DNA of 63,763 nt, the filler included, from Ministeria vibrans ATCC 50519 (Eukaryota; Protista; Filasterea), in NCBI GenBank assembly GCA_943704425.1. It is 8 parts of 8 records of this genome, joined end to end, with 100 filler letters (N's around TTAATTAATTAA, not from the genome) between each part and the next. Parts side by side here need not be neighbours in the genome. Positions count along the whole stretch, not along the records: positions 27,797 to 46,943 come from CALSCP010001696.1; 7 more parts are not named here. One strand, 5' to 3'. A model generated the notes under the pieces. The model had not been told where the DNA came from, ran no database searches, and saw nothing but the letters and a program-made list of their open reading frames with translations. Both the position numbers and the translations under genes were made by a program. Below, piece by piece: positions 30,792 through 43,966 of the stretch. Position 1 is the first letter of the stretch; each line of letters begins with the position of its first letter.

Positions 30792-33700
30792 TCAGCGGAT
30801 GTGAGCGCTCTTGAGAGATGCCACCGTACACGTGCCTCCGGATGCAGTCGTAATGGGAGTCCCCTTGTACGTCGCCTCGAGCGTGTCAGACGTCGTCAAG
30901 TGCGCTGCGACTGTCTCAAACGTCTTCTTCTTGGGATTGAGAATTGCCTCGGGCGCCGCATCTCCAGTGAGACTGCATACAATGCGTTCGCCGACAGTGG
31001 CCCCTACCAAGTTGAAAAATACATGGGATGAGTCGCAGGTTCATTATAAACCGGTGTACCTGCTGGAGGAACGAGCAGCTCCACGGCCGTGTGGTCGTCG
31101 TTGGATGCTGCGAGGACCATGGCCTCGGAGACAATGCCACGCATTTTAGCAGGCTTCAAGTTGCACACAACAACAACCATGCGATCCTAATCCCACACAA
31201 GCATTCAAATAAAAGACATACATCAAATTGAGAATTAAGAAATAAAGTGATAGAGAGAGAAGAGAAAGAACAAAGTGATACAGAGAGAGGAGAAAGAAAA
31301 CAAAGTGATAAAGAGAGGAGAAAGAAACAAAGTGATAGAGAGAGATGAACTGATTATTATCAATAATTTTCTTATTATAATAAGAAATTATTCATAGTTG
31401 ACTCTTTTTCCATTCTGTCACATTAAATAGAACACGTCCTACCTGCATCTGCTCAAGGGGGATAAATTTGACCAGACCACTAATGACCGTGCGCGGACCA
31501 GTGTCATCGCCACAGTCGATTTTTTCGAGGTAGAGACTTACAACAAAATAATACAAAGCAATATCAAACCATGAGATCAATGCGATGTAGAATACCTGTC
31601 GGCCTCGGGATGGGGCTCGGCGGAGATGATGCGACCAACTCGCACGTCGACACGGGAGAAGTCGTCGGGAGCACGCAGGTCGGCGGTAGCAGGGCCCGCA
31701 CCACCTTTGTTCTTACCCTTCTTGTCCGTGGGGGCGTCGGGATACGCGGTGGCCGCGAGCGCCTTGTTCTCGGCCTCCTCAAAGAGCGCTCGAATGGGGT
31801 TCAGCAGTCGGTTAATCTCGCGCGTGACTGCCTTCTTGAGGTCACCCGGGTGCAGGTCACCAGCGGCAAAGGCGGACTCAATGGAAGGGTAGTCGCTGAA
31901 AGTGACGTTTCCGCCAAACTCCTCCTTGCGCTCCACCACAAAGGTGTTCTCCTTGCGGAGCGCAGCAATGGGCATCAATACCATTTTGACAAATGATAAC
32001 ACTGCGTTGCTCTCAATGTTGCGCTCTTCGCAGAATGCAGACTTGATCTGGAGGAAACGAATGATGGAGAAGAGAACAACGTGAGAAGACCACATTGTGC
32101 GTGAACGAAATATAAGAGTAAAAAATTGAGAGCGGGACAAGATGAGAAAACCACATTGCGCATGAACAGAGAAGCAAAGCATGAGACACATACAGAGCGA
32201 GACAAGGGGAGAAAATCCCATAGGATACAGAGAGAAGTATACGAGAAAAAAAACAAGAACCAATTGAAGATCGAGACGAGGTAAGAAAGATACGGCGAGA
32301 AACATGAGAGAACGGAAAAACATCGAGAATTGACAAACAAAAAAAAAGTCTTATCGTACCTTCTTCTCGACTGCTTTAGCACTGTCAAGTAGATCAATTT
32401 TGCTGGCGGGTTCTGAGCTGCTCATCTTGGTGCCCTGAAGACCCGGTACCATTGGGTTCATCAGATGAATGCGCTTGCGGTAGCCGAGTCGTGGCAGGTA
32501 CTGCAACAAAGGCGATGCAGTGTGAGACGAGGACAAACCGCTCGGAGAGTGAGTGCAAAATTTAAGAGCAATTCTTACCTCACGAGCGTACATAAAGATC
32601 TTGCGCTGGTCCACGCCGCCAAATTGACAGTCGACATCGAGGTACTCCTCGTCGAGGGCTTGGAGGCCCGGGTAGAGCAAACTGGCCATCATGGGACTTG
32701 CAACCTGCTTAACCACTTCGCAGCCAGCCTTGCGAGCGTCGTGCTCTGATGTCATCGACATCAAACGGTACACATCGCGGGTGTACTTCTCCGTCAACTA
32801 CCAATATAAAAATGATCGTCAAAATTCGACATGACACATGAAGTATGGCGAGTCAACCTGAAAGGTGGATCCCTTGACAAACTCGAGCTTGGAGATGTCT
32901 ACTCCCACTGACGTGAGCATGCCGCGAATGACAACCTATACAAGGAAGGACCGGTTGAGATAACGCCATGTACACACACAAATTTAGTGCAGTCATAATC
33001 ATTATTATTATAAATAACACAAACAATAGTATAAAGGAAGCAATAGAAAGGAGCAAAATGGACATGGTTCGGTGTACCTCGTAGTATTTGGTGCGCAGTT
33101 CAAGGAGCTCCCATGGCGCTTTCATGTTGTCCAGATAGGCATGCAGATCGGCAAGCAGAATGACAACCTACGCATTCTCCATCAGCCTCCGCTCCACGGT
33201 CGAGAGGACACAAGGCACAGATGTAAACGACGGAGGTGCAGACACAGCACGGCGCAAAGGACAGCAGAGGGAGGCGCAGAGGGCTGTGCTTTACCTTGCA
33301 ACCCGCATGAAGGAATTCAGCAATCTTCGTGATGGGGACAAAGTAAGCGACGTGAGGCCGCCCGGTGGTTGCCGTCCCCCAGTACAGCTTCAGCGGTTTC
33401 TCGTTTCCTTCAGAAAGGCGTGCGCGCAGCTCTTCAGCGCCCACAACCTCCTTCGTTGGACGAAAGGAAAATGTGACAACGGCACTCGGAAGTGTTTTCG
33501 CATGCCTGCGCATTGAAGCAATGAAAATCAGGTACATATTAAAAAAAAACATGTGAATGAGAAATCGAAAAACGACAAAAGTGACAGCAAGACAACTCAA
33601 CGCCAAGCACACTCGATGCTTCAAGACACTCCGCAGCGCCAACCCGACGGGGTCGACACGCCCGCGCGCTCTCCAGACGCGCGCAAGAGCAACGCCAAAG

Positions 33701-33799
33701 ACACACCTGTAAGTTTTGAGTGACAAGCTTGTAGCTGTCGTCAGCCGAAAGATCGGCCGGCGCAGCGCTACTTGGCGAGTCTGATGGACCAGCTGACAT
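30792..33799 (-). CDS. YARS1: Cytosolic tyrosyl-tRNA synthetase with C-terminal EMAP-II-like OB domain
   Basis: [61 protein letters not shown]; C-domain [31 protein letters not shown]. Confidence 0.96.
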
Positions 33800-33928
33800 T
33801 ACAGAATTTGCGATAGAAAAAAGAAATTTAAAAAGAAGTGGCAAAGTGATTAGTGGGGTGACTGTGACGAGTGAGTGACGAGTGAAGACTGATAACTGAG
33901 ACGGGCCAGATCGTGGTCTATGATCTTC

Positions 33929-34030
33929 TTTCGGGACATTCTCATCTAGATTATAGAGTCTACGAAAGCATTGTGCTGCTCTTTGTTTTGTATATTATCC
34001 ATGTTTTGACATTGAGTACAGCTCTCGATT
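33929..34030 (+). repeat. Dispersed repeat, copy A
   Basis: 29 nt identical to 55636-55664; ~100 nt gapped similarity to the reverse complement of 52491-52594. Confidence 0.8.
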
Positions 34031-34255
34031 CTATATTAATTTTAATTCAGCTACAAAAACGTTGAGACTCGAAGAGGGAAAAGTGACCGCACAGTTATTG
34101 TTATTTGTTAACAATCAATACCACAATTGAAAAGCGCCCACTTTGAAAGGATACATACATCCCGTAGAAGCCCGTCGAGAGGCGACTCGAACGCTTAGTT
34201 CAAATAATGAATTAATATAAAATGTTACACTAAACGACATCCTGTGTCACGTCCC

Positions 34256-37200
34256 CTAAAATGCCGGTTGATCATTCGACTCGCTCGGCGGTGGCGTTTC
34301 AATTGAGCCTTGAGCCTTGATCTTGCTCTTCTTGCGTCGTGGCGCTGGCTTCGGCGGCGCATTGACGTGCTCCTCCTCCACCTCAATCACAGGCTCCTCC
34401 ACTGTAGTCTCAGGAACCTTCACCGCTGCCGACGAAGGTATTGAACTGCTTCCCTACAAAAGTTATTATAAAACACACACATCAGCAAGAAAGATGCTAC
34501 ATCCCCATTCAAACAACAAACTCAATACCATAAACACCGAGGCACGAACACCGGCATGCAAAAGCAGTGACTTGCGCACACCCGCTTCCTCCGACTTCAT
34601 CAAGTACGCCAGTGGCATCACTCCTTCTTCTGATGAGCTCGGTATTAGAATCTTCACCCATCTAAAAACAATCCATGGCGCGTTTTAGACTCATGCCCTT
34701 TGCTTGTTGATCTTCAAGACTCACCCTTCTCCAATGGTCCCCTCTCCTTGTGTCACAACAACCACTTCGCCAGCCGACACGGTGATCTCGTCGGCCTGCT
34801 GCGCCTCATAATCAAACACAACGACGGCCGGCGCAGGGAATTTGGTGAACCGTGGTGGTTCGGTGGGCGGTTCGATAGCGGTCGCGCCTGTCTCTGCAGA
34901 CGCACTTAGCGGCTGTACCTCCTCCTCCTCCTCATCATCATCATTATTATCATTATTATCATTACCATCGCCCGCACGTGACGTGTGGCTATCAACTCCT
35001 AAAGCGCTTGCGCTTGCCCCTCCTGCCTCTCCCTCCTCCTCCTCCTCCTCCTCCTCCACATCTTCCCCCTCGTCCAGTTCGTCACAGTCTTCCTCAAGCG
35101 CATCCGTCGCCTCGTAGTCTTCGGCAGCTTCCCCAGCAGCGTGTACGGTCGCCATGTCAACACTCGAACCGCTTCCACTAAGGACAATTCTCGCCTCGTC
35201 GACAGCCTCTTCGCTGATGGGCCCGCTCAGCATAGTGATGGTCTCGCTGAGTGTCCGTGACATGTTCCGTGTAATTGATGGCCGAGCCGCTGCTTGCTGC
35301 AGTGAAGCTTCCGTTCCCTCTTCGATTGCTTCTTCGCCCGCTTCACCAATGTCATCCATCGACTCTCTTCTTTCGTTGCGCCTCGGCGGGACCTCTATAC
35401 ACAGTCATCGAGTGTTTAGTTGCATTAAACTCATAATGCAAGATAAAATTGACGATGAATGTCAATACCTTCATCAAAGACTGAATGTGAAGCAGCAATG
35501 ACCGAGGCTCGCGACTTTTCGGGAGCACCAGGTACCTGGTCTTCAAGCATCAGTGCCACCACCAGCTCTTGCATCACAGCCTCGCGCTCCTACAGATAAA
35601 GACACACACCATTAATTGAGGACAAAACCAGGTCAAGGTAAGGCAAATGTCTGTACGTTTCCGGCCTTTTCTCGCAGTTGCGTAAAGTTGCTGCGCATGT
35701 ACCGATGCAATCGACCAGCCTGTGTACAGGTAAGACAAGAGTAAGACGAGAAAAAAAGTCTCATAATCATAAATGGCGTGTTACGGCTCGAGCAAGGTCG
35801 ACATCCTGTGTTGAGACGCCGACGTGGCCCTTTGGCACACCCGATGCAAGCTTGTCGATGGCCTGGCGTACGACACCCTTATTGGCGGAAATGAAGTCAT
35901 TCATCTCCGTCATGTAGGCCTAAAGAGCACGGATAATGAATGAAGAGAAGATGCAACGACGAATAAAAAATAATAATAAAAATCGAATAAAAATAAGACA
36001 ATAATAAAATTATACCTCTTTGACGCCGAACGGTTGAAGATTGGCGAGATTCTGCAGAGTTTTGGCAATTAGCTTGAGCGTACGCGCAGACGCCTCGTCC
36101 GGAGTGTCTACAATCAACGTGTCAGTCACCAGACACCTTTCGAAAACAAAAATTGACTTACAGCTGATGACATCGAACTTTTTGGGACTGAGAATGGCAG
36201 GACAAATGAAGCGAAGGAAGAAAAAGGAGCCGACAGCAGTGTGGCGCGGCAACGAACTGTCACCGTACTTGCGAATGATTGCCTGCTGAATGCTCATAAA
36301 AATCGCCTTCATTGGCCTGTGCGAAAAAAAAAAAAAAAAAAAAAAAGCCAAGTCAGAACGATGATCCTTTCAAATATATTTGAGTTGAACTTCTCTCCTC
36401 ACATTGGGCAATTATCAAGGGAAAGCAACACGGCCGTCCAGGTGTTGTTGAGGTGCGTCAAAAGACGTTTCCAGTTGGGCTTGAGGTCCGCCGGATTGCC
36501 CAATCGAGCGGGATCAACCTGAAATACAGAGATGAAGGCAATATCAATATTAATAAAATTAATTAATTATTATAATAATTAAAATAATAATAATTATTAT
36601 TATTATTTTCTTCTGCAATACCTCGCAAGACGCCTTGCTCTCACAGACAGACTGAACCATGGCTCGCAATGTGTCTTGCAAGTAGCGACGCCCAGTCAAT
36701 CGCATCAACTGCAGGAAACCAAGGCGTATTATTGGCTATATTGTTTACTTGTGTTTTTTTTTTTGTTTTTTTTGTACCTCATCAACACACTTTGTTGCAA
36801 TAGTATTTCCACGAAAGAGCACAGTCACATCGTCCGTGTTCTGCACCTCGTCCACCAACAGCGCCGACGTAAACTCAAGGGCACGTTCTCGTCCAATCAT
36901 AGACAAAAGCAGCGATCGCGCCAGCACCTCTCGGTCTTAAAAAAGTCAAAGAAAGTTTTATGATTGTTAAAATTGAAGTTTTATGCTTGTTATTGTTAAA
37001 ATTAAAATCATATTTGCAATGCGATTTACCTTGAGGAAGGACAATCTGTCCCAGAGTCGTGGCGATGATCTTGTACTCTTCGGTAAGCTGCAGAAAAGGT
37101 TCGTAAGCAGACATGGGCAGCACATGCTCCTTCTCGTAGTGGATCGCCAGACGAATCTGTCCTTCGACCGACACATGCTTCTCCGACGTGAGTTTGTGCC

Positions 37201-40200
37201 ATGATTCTTCAACCTGGCCCGAATGCAGCTGCCGCACAAAAAGTACCACTCGTCCAATCTCACTTTCCACTTGGTTCAGCTACCAGAAACAAGCAAAAAA
37301 AAACATAAAACAAAAAAAAAAACGAGTGAAATGTATAATTTAAATAAATTTAATGATAATGATAATAATAATAAAATAGCCAAACTCAAAATTCATGAGT
37401 AAAGGCAAGTTCAGTTTTGATCGAGTTTTATCAAAAACTATTATTATTATTAATAAAACAATAATTATTAATTAATAAGACAAATTATTCATATATAAAC
37501 ACACTACTACGACCATTTCTAATAAGATTGATGATTATGCATCAGGAAAACAAACACGTCGTTTTGTCAAAAATACCATCATTTGGACAGTGTCGTTCTT
37601 GTGATGCAGCACAATAGTGACCGTTTCAGTAGTGTCGGGAATGTTGTCAAAGTTGAATGCCTCGTTCCATTGCGGTGAGGTGGACGCGCCTCGAGTGTGC
37701 GTGCGTGCCGTCAAATAATTGTTCAGGTAAATGGCAACAAAGTAATCCGTTGACTGTAAAGAAATAATAGTAATAAGAATAAGAATAATAATAATAATAC
37801 TCATAATAAAAATATAATAATAATAATACTCATAATAAAAATATAATAATAATAATACTCATAATAAAAAATTAATAATAATAATAAAATTAATAATAAT
37901 GAAAATAATAATAATTAATAATAATAAAAATAATAATTATTATAAAAATAATAATAATAATACGTCTTATTATTGTACCTTGGCAAGACCACGGGCATCG
38001 CTGATGGTAATGTCAACGGACTGGACAATGTGCTCGCCAGTCTTGCGAGCCTTGCGGATGTCTTCGGGCACGAGCACACTCTCGAGTGCATCATACCAAG
38101 CGACGCGGTCGTCCGCATTATTGAGGCACAGTACATTGGCTGAGTCGCTCGAGCGGATTTGGATGCTGTGCAACCGTCCTACCACAGACTCGTCCACATG
38201 ACACACGCTCGTCTCCTGGACTGGCAAGTCAATCTGTCCTCGGGGCTTGGTGCTGTCTTCCGAGTCAAACATCCACAGTCGACGCTAAAAGTCGAATCAT
38301 TATTAATTTCAGTATTCGAATTTACTTCTTCGCTCTCAAATGTTTTTTTCTTCTTTTTTTTTTTTGTGTGTGTGTGTGTTGACGTACCTGATCGGCCATG
38401 AGGACAAAGAAAAATTCTTTGGTGCGACGACTGTTGACATTGCGGACGAGGGTCATGCGACCCTTGCGAAAGGGGTTGAGGAGCGAACGCACACCGACCA
38501 CGGTACCCCCAGCCTCGTCCATGCGAAGCACGAATTCATGAATGTCTGCCTTGTAGTCGGTCGATTCCACCACGTCCGAATACCGTCGGTTGAACGTCAG
38601 AAATTGCGACAGACTAAAAGAAAGCGCCAGAAAAAATAAACCATTAGGAACAAAAAAAAAATGAAAGAAAAAGCATCAACGTTTTAATGCTCCCTTCTCA
38701 CCGAGTCTTGGAAATGGTGTTGTGCACGTTAAAGGAGGTCAGAAGTTGGCGCGCGCGCTCTTGTTCTTTTTTTTCAAAAAACTACCACAATAAGACACTT
38801 GAACGGTGAGCAAGAAAGCAACTCACACACCATGCGAGTCCAAACAAACCTTGAGGATGCGGGGCATCACTTTGAGATAGTACAGCTCCTGCGTGAGACG
38901 GCAGTCGGACTCTGCTTGCTCCAGCGTCTCCGTTGCCTGGTTGAGCTTTTCGGTTGCAGACAGACGGAAATCAAAGTGATCAAGAGAAATAGATAAAAGC
39001 GTCACCCACCTTCTTGAGAGCCGTGTAGCTGTCCTGCAGCACCTTGGTTTCGCGAGTGCCCTCGGCAATGAGCTATACGCCCAATAATAATAATGATGAT
39101 AAAAGAAATAAAATAATAATATGAGTACTATTACATGATTATTATTATTATTATTATCAATAAAAATAAAAGTCATTAAAATTAAAATAATTATAATGTT
39201 GCTATTGTATGCATCAGTTTATGGGTGATGACATGAAAATGTCTCGTACTCACAGCAGTTGGTATTTGCTCATCCAAGTTGATTCTGATAACCATCATTT
39301 GCACGCAACAAACAATACGAATGATAAAAAGCCACACTCTTCTTCTTACCAACTTTCGTGCTGCTTCAAAGTCTTTGGAGTAATTGATCAACGTGTCGAC
39401 AATGTGCTGCGACATTTGCATCGCATACTCTTCTTGCGCAGCCGCAGCCTGTACAGCTTCGTCAATGAGATTGAAATGAGCCGCTTGCAATGATCTGCAA
39501 CAATGAAGCAAGACACAATACTTCTTGGTCAACACAATGCACCACCCACCTCTCTTGCATACCCAAATGTGTCCATCTGACGATCATTAATGGCCGGAAT
39601 CCGCTTGTCCACAGGCACCGCTTGAACCGAGGAAGCGCAAAGTTTGGCTGCAAAACCAAATTGAAGAAGGAGTTTAAGACACAAACGAAAAGCGACAATC
39701 AGAACACTAGAAAAAAAAGAAAAGAAAAAAAGCTTACCAATGTTTTTGGAATATTCGAGCTCAATAAGGTGACGACGCTTTAAAAAGTTGATGACGTCTT
39801 TGAGTTGTGTCGAGCACTCTTCGGTCCACTTGCAAACTGCATCAAAGTGATGCTACGGAGAGACAGAGGCAGAGGAGAGACACAGTCAGTGAATGGCCAC
39901 AGCGCCATGCCGCGGCTGGGCCACGCGACGCACGCCGAATAGACAGCGGCGCAAGGCCGTCCGCACGCGAAGGACGCCGGGAGTGCGGGCAGCAGACAAA
40001 TCGGAGTGTCAAGAAAAGAATCTTTGTCCAAAACAAAAGAGCGGAGAGGACAGCAACGGACGCGGCTGGCCATGCCACGTCTGCGACTGCTGTTCAGCGC
40101 GCGCGTTCGACTCAGATACGAGGCGTTCGAAGAGGACGCAGACGCGTCAAAGCGAAAAAATCGGACGACAAAGAGAAATGGTGAAAAAAAAAAAAAAAAG

Positions 40201-40376
40201 AATAAAAACAAAGAGGCAGAGGGAGAGGCAAGGGAGGGAACAAACGGACAGGGTACAGGGCGAAGGTACTGCAAGATGCGCGGTTCAAGGGGGCCGGTGG
40301 ACTTGCAAAAACAGTTCAAGGTCAGCGAACCCAATGTGATGATGCGTACCACAAGAGCTTCAGAGAACTCAGGCAT
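34256..40376 (-). CDS. F-BAR - PH - C2 - RasGAP - SH3 protein
   Basis: MPEFSEALV|HHFDAVCKW..FLKRRHLIELEYSKNI (FCH); PH (KPRGQIDL..RVAWYDAL); C2 (SPQWNEAFNF); LFRGNTIATK, FFFLRFICPAILSP, LIAKTLQNLAN (RasGAP); FDYEAQQADEITV (SH3). Confidence 0.87.
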
Positions 40377-40579
40377 GCTTGCGACAGTGAAACTGGGTTG
40401 TTTGCGTGATACTACAAGCCGCAACGAGAAGACTTTAAAGTTTAAAAAACTGTGTTAAGGAATAAGGACTAAGGATAAATCATAAATCATAAAGTAAAAC
40501 AATAGACGTAGAACTGAGAACACTGAACATTAAAGACTAAAGTCAATTAATTCCCGACTTGAGGTGTTTGTGGTGGGGG

Positions 40580-41428
40580 ATGAGTGAGAGACCATGGAGA
40601 ACGGTCTCCATTGTGGACTACCAGAATGTGGCAGGGTCCGACTTTGTGGTCAGTCAAAACCAAAAAGGAGATTATACAAAAAAGTCTTATGACCATTTCC
40701 GTCTTGCAGCTGTACAATATCTTCGTAGACGGTTTGTTCCACTGTGCGCGACGCTACAGCGCGTTCATTGGGCTGGCGACGGCTCTCAAGGCGCTGGACC
40801 CCAACCACAAGTTTATGAAGTTTCCGACGCGCTGGACCGTCTCCAGCACGAGTCTGTCCGTGCTCAACGCTCGAAAGCGTCTGTTGAGCCGATGGCTCGA
40901 GGATGGTAGGCTGTGCACGGCGTCCGGCAGTGCCACACTCCTCAAGTTTGACCTTTTGATAACACCATCATAATTCTTCTTTGTATTATTGTGCTCAGTT
41001 GCGGCCCAACCGGTGTTCGCGCGCAGCGACGCGATGAGGCGCTTTCTTCAGCAAGATGACGAAGCGGTACGCATATGCCCTCCGTTCCGGTCTACGCATG
41101 TGCGTGTTTGTGACCCGCGCATTCCCATGCTGTAGAAGGTTGGCAACGACCTGGCGATTATCCTGAGAATACGGCTTCCAGACAAGTCAACGGTGCTCGA
41201 AGTAGCCGGACGACGCACTGACAAGTCTCCGGCCGTGTACGAATTAGTGTGTGAGCAGCTCGAACTAGAGAAAGAGAGTCAGATCATGTTTGCCTTGTTT
41301 GCCATTGAAGCGGACGGTTTCGGTAGGTTTACTGTTTCCATGTAATTTGTTTCTTTCTCCTATCACTTTCCTACTTTCCCCTATCACTTTGTTTCTCTCT
41401 CCCTCCTCTCTCTCGATCACTCTGTTGC

Positions 41429-41464
<36 letters not shown>

Positions 41465-43595
41465 CTTTGTTTCTCTCTCCCTCCTCTCTCTCTATCACTT
41501 TGTTTCCTTCTCCCTCCTTTCTCTCTCTCTCTCTCTATCTCTCTATCACTTTGTTCTTTCTCCTTTCTCTCTCTCTCACTAACGTCGCCCTCTTTCGCGG
41601 TTTAGAACGAAAATTAAGCGCAGAAGAATCTCCGGTGGATCATGTATTGTACCGACGAAAGCTGTCGGGAGACAGTCGTGCTGGAAATGTCTACTTGTCA
41701 TTCAAAAAATTCATCTTCACACGCTTTCAGGAGGTTCTATTTACAAGCGCTTTCTCTTCTCCTCCTTGTTTGACATGCTTACCTGCATGCATATCGTGTA
41801 GGTATTTGCGAGCTCGGATCAGGCAGCAGTGGAGATCATGTACAAACAGGCGCGAGCAGACATCACCGAGGGGCGGGTGTTTGCCACTCGTAAGGAACTT
41901 GCGCTGCTCGACGACGTGCGTCTCAGCGAAGGCCCCATGCCCGTACGCCTTCTCACATTGCGCTCACTTGTCGTCGTTTCTCACACACCTTATGTAGTTT
42001 TTGGACTTGGCGCGTCGTCTTCCGGGATATGGGCAGATTGAGTTTCCGCGCTGTCGCTGCAGTGTGGTCCCGGAATGGAAGAAGCGCGTCGTGGTTGTCA
42101 TCTCCATCAACGGCATTTCCATCAATCTCGACAAATCGACAGTATATGCCCTACTTTGACATATTGCTTGCTAACCCTGTACCCCTCTTCTCGTTCCGTT
42201 CCGTTATGTGTTGTTTTTGTTTTTGTTTTTGTTTTTCTTTCTTTTTCCTACGCACAGAGCCAAACGCGCAAAGTATTCAAGTTTGTGTGCCTCAAGCGAT
42301 GGCGATACGACGATGCGCTTCCGACACCCTCGGCTTCGCCACAGCATTCGGAGACGTCGAGCGTGTGTAGCGGTAGCAGCAGCACCGCCCACTCGCACCC
42401 CTCCGTGTCTGGCCGCCCACTGGGTCTCTTCCAGTTTGAGTACACCGACGAGAAGTGCCACAAGGACGTGTGGGTGACGCTCGAGACCCCCTACGTATGA
42501 TTTTTGGCCTCGCCGTTGTAGTCATTGTGCTCTCGCGCGGCCGTCGCGTTTTTTCATTTGTTTTTTATTATTCATTCTTTTCCTTCTCCTAGGCTGAGTA
42601 TATGATGGATTGTGTTGTGCGCGCAGTCACTGAAATTGGCTGGAATGCCGAGTCGCGTCAGAGAAGGCGCGAGTCCACCGCTACGCTCAACGTATGATAA
42701 TAATATTTTTTCTTCTTCTTTTTTGTCCCTCTCATTCACCCTTTTCGTTTTTGTTTTTTGTTTTTGTTTTTTGTTTTTTGTTTTTGTTTTTTGATTTTGA
42801 TTTTGATTTTGATTTTTTCTTTTTTTGTATTTTGTTTTATTTTTGCTGTAGCGTGCGCCTTCTCAGACACACAGTGGCACGCATCGAGGCAGAGCGTCGA
42901 CGGTTACGATGAGCGGGGTGGGGGAGGAGGATGCTCCTTCCCGCGGTGTGTCGGACAACAGCATTATGGACATTTTCATGGGCAAGGCATCGTCCATAGC
43001 CGGTTCCTATCTGAGCGTTCCTGACGACAGCGAAGCGTCTCTGTGCGACACAGACGGCCATGGCAGTGACCACGTTGCGGCTGTGGCCGCCACACGCACG
43101 GTCAGTAGTTCTTCAGACTTGCACGCGTCGCTTGCCGATGTACTCGTTGTCGACGACTCTGTGTCGTGTGCAAGCGACTCACTTGTTGGCTCGCCGACAG
43201 CTCTCACTCCGCTGTGGGTGAGTCGCTCGACTTCGTCGTCGGCCGTCACTCGTAATGGCTTTCAGAGTCGTGGCGCTACCAATTCTGACGCGCGCTCGTT
43301 CTCTTCATCGTCTGCGATCGAGATGGAATCCCTCGAACTGATCGCCATGACTACCGACGCGAGTTTGCCCAACTCGCCTGCTTCGCGACGCCGTCGCGAC
43401 ATGAGCGCACAACGACAAGCCAGCGCGGCCAGCTCATCCAGCTACCTCTCGCCCTCCGTTAGCTCCACCTCTGTCGTGCCGCACCGCCGATCCGCATCGC
43501 CGCGGTCTGATTCAGTCAGCGTCGTCTCCCAGCAATCAGACTCGTCCGGTGTTCCCATCGAGTGGAGCTCTCAACCCATCGAAGACATTGTATAA
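40580..43595 (+). CDS. PX-FERM sorting nexin (SNX17/SNX31-like, no PDZ) with Ser-rich tail
   Basis: PX YNIFVDG..HCARRYSAF; RA/FERM RKLSAEESP, KKFIF, MYKQARADI, FQFEY...VWVTLETP. Confidence 0.83.
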
Positions 43596-43885
43596 AATGA
43601 CTAAACTAGCAGTACAATAATAATAATAAATTAGAAGAAGAAGAAGAAGAAGAAGAAGACATTTCCAATTTATTACCAATCACAAACGAAAAGCGACAAC
43701 ACAAACAGCTCACAACCACTTTCTAAGCTACGGGAGCGTCGAGAGGGAGCAGAGACAGGCCAGACAAGTGACGCGATAGGCACCAGATACACCATATCCT
43801 TATTATCCTGAGAGAGACATAAGGCTCTGCCAGCACAAAGGCTGGCACTGCGTCAATAATAATATTCTTCTTATTATTGTAATAG

Positions 43886-43930
<45 letters not shown>

Positions 43931-43966
43931 TTTATTTTATTTTCTCATTTTTCATTCATTCTCAGC

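Noticed and set aside
43794-43801. ATATCCTT as a U12 donor
   Set aside because: No U12 branch point or AC acceptor, and no exon context.
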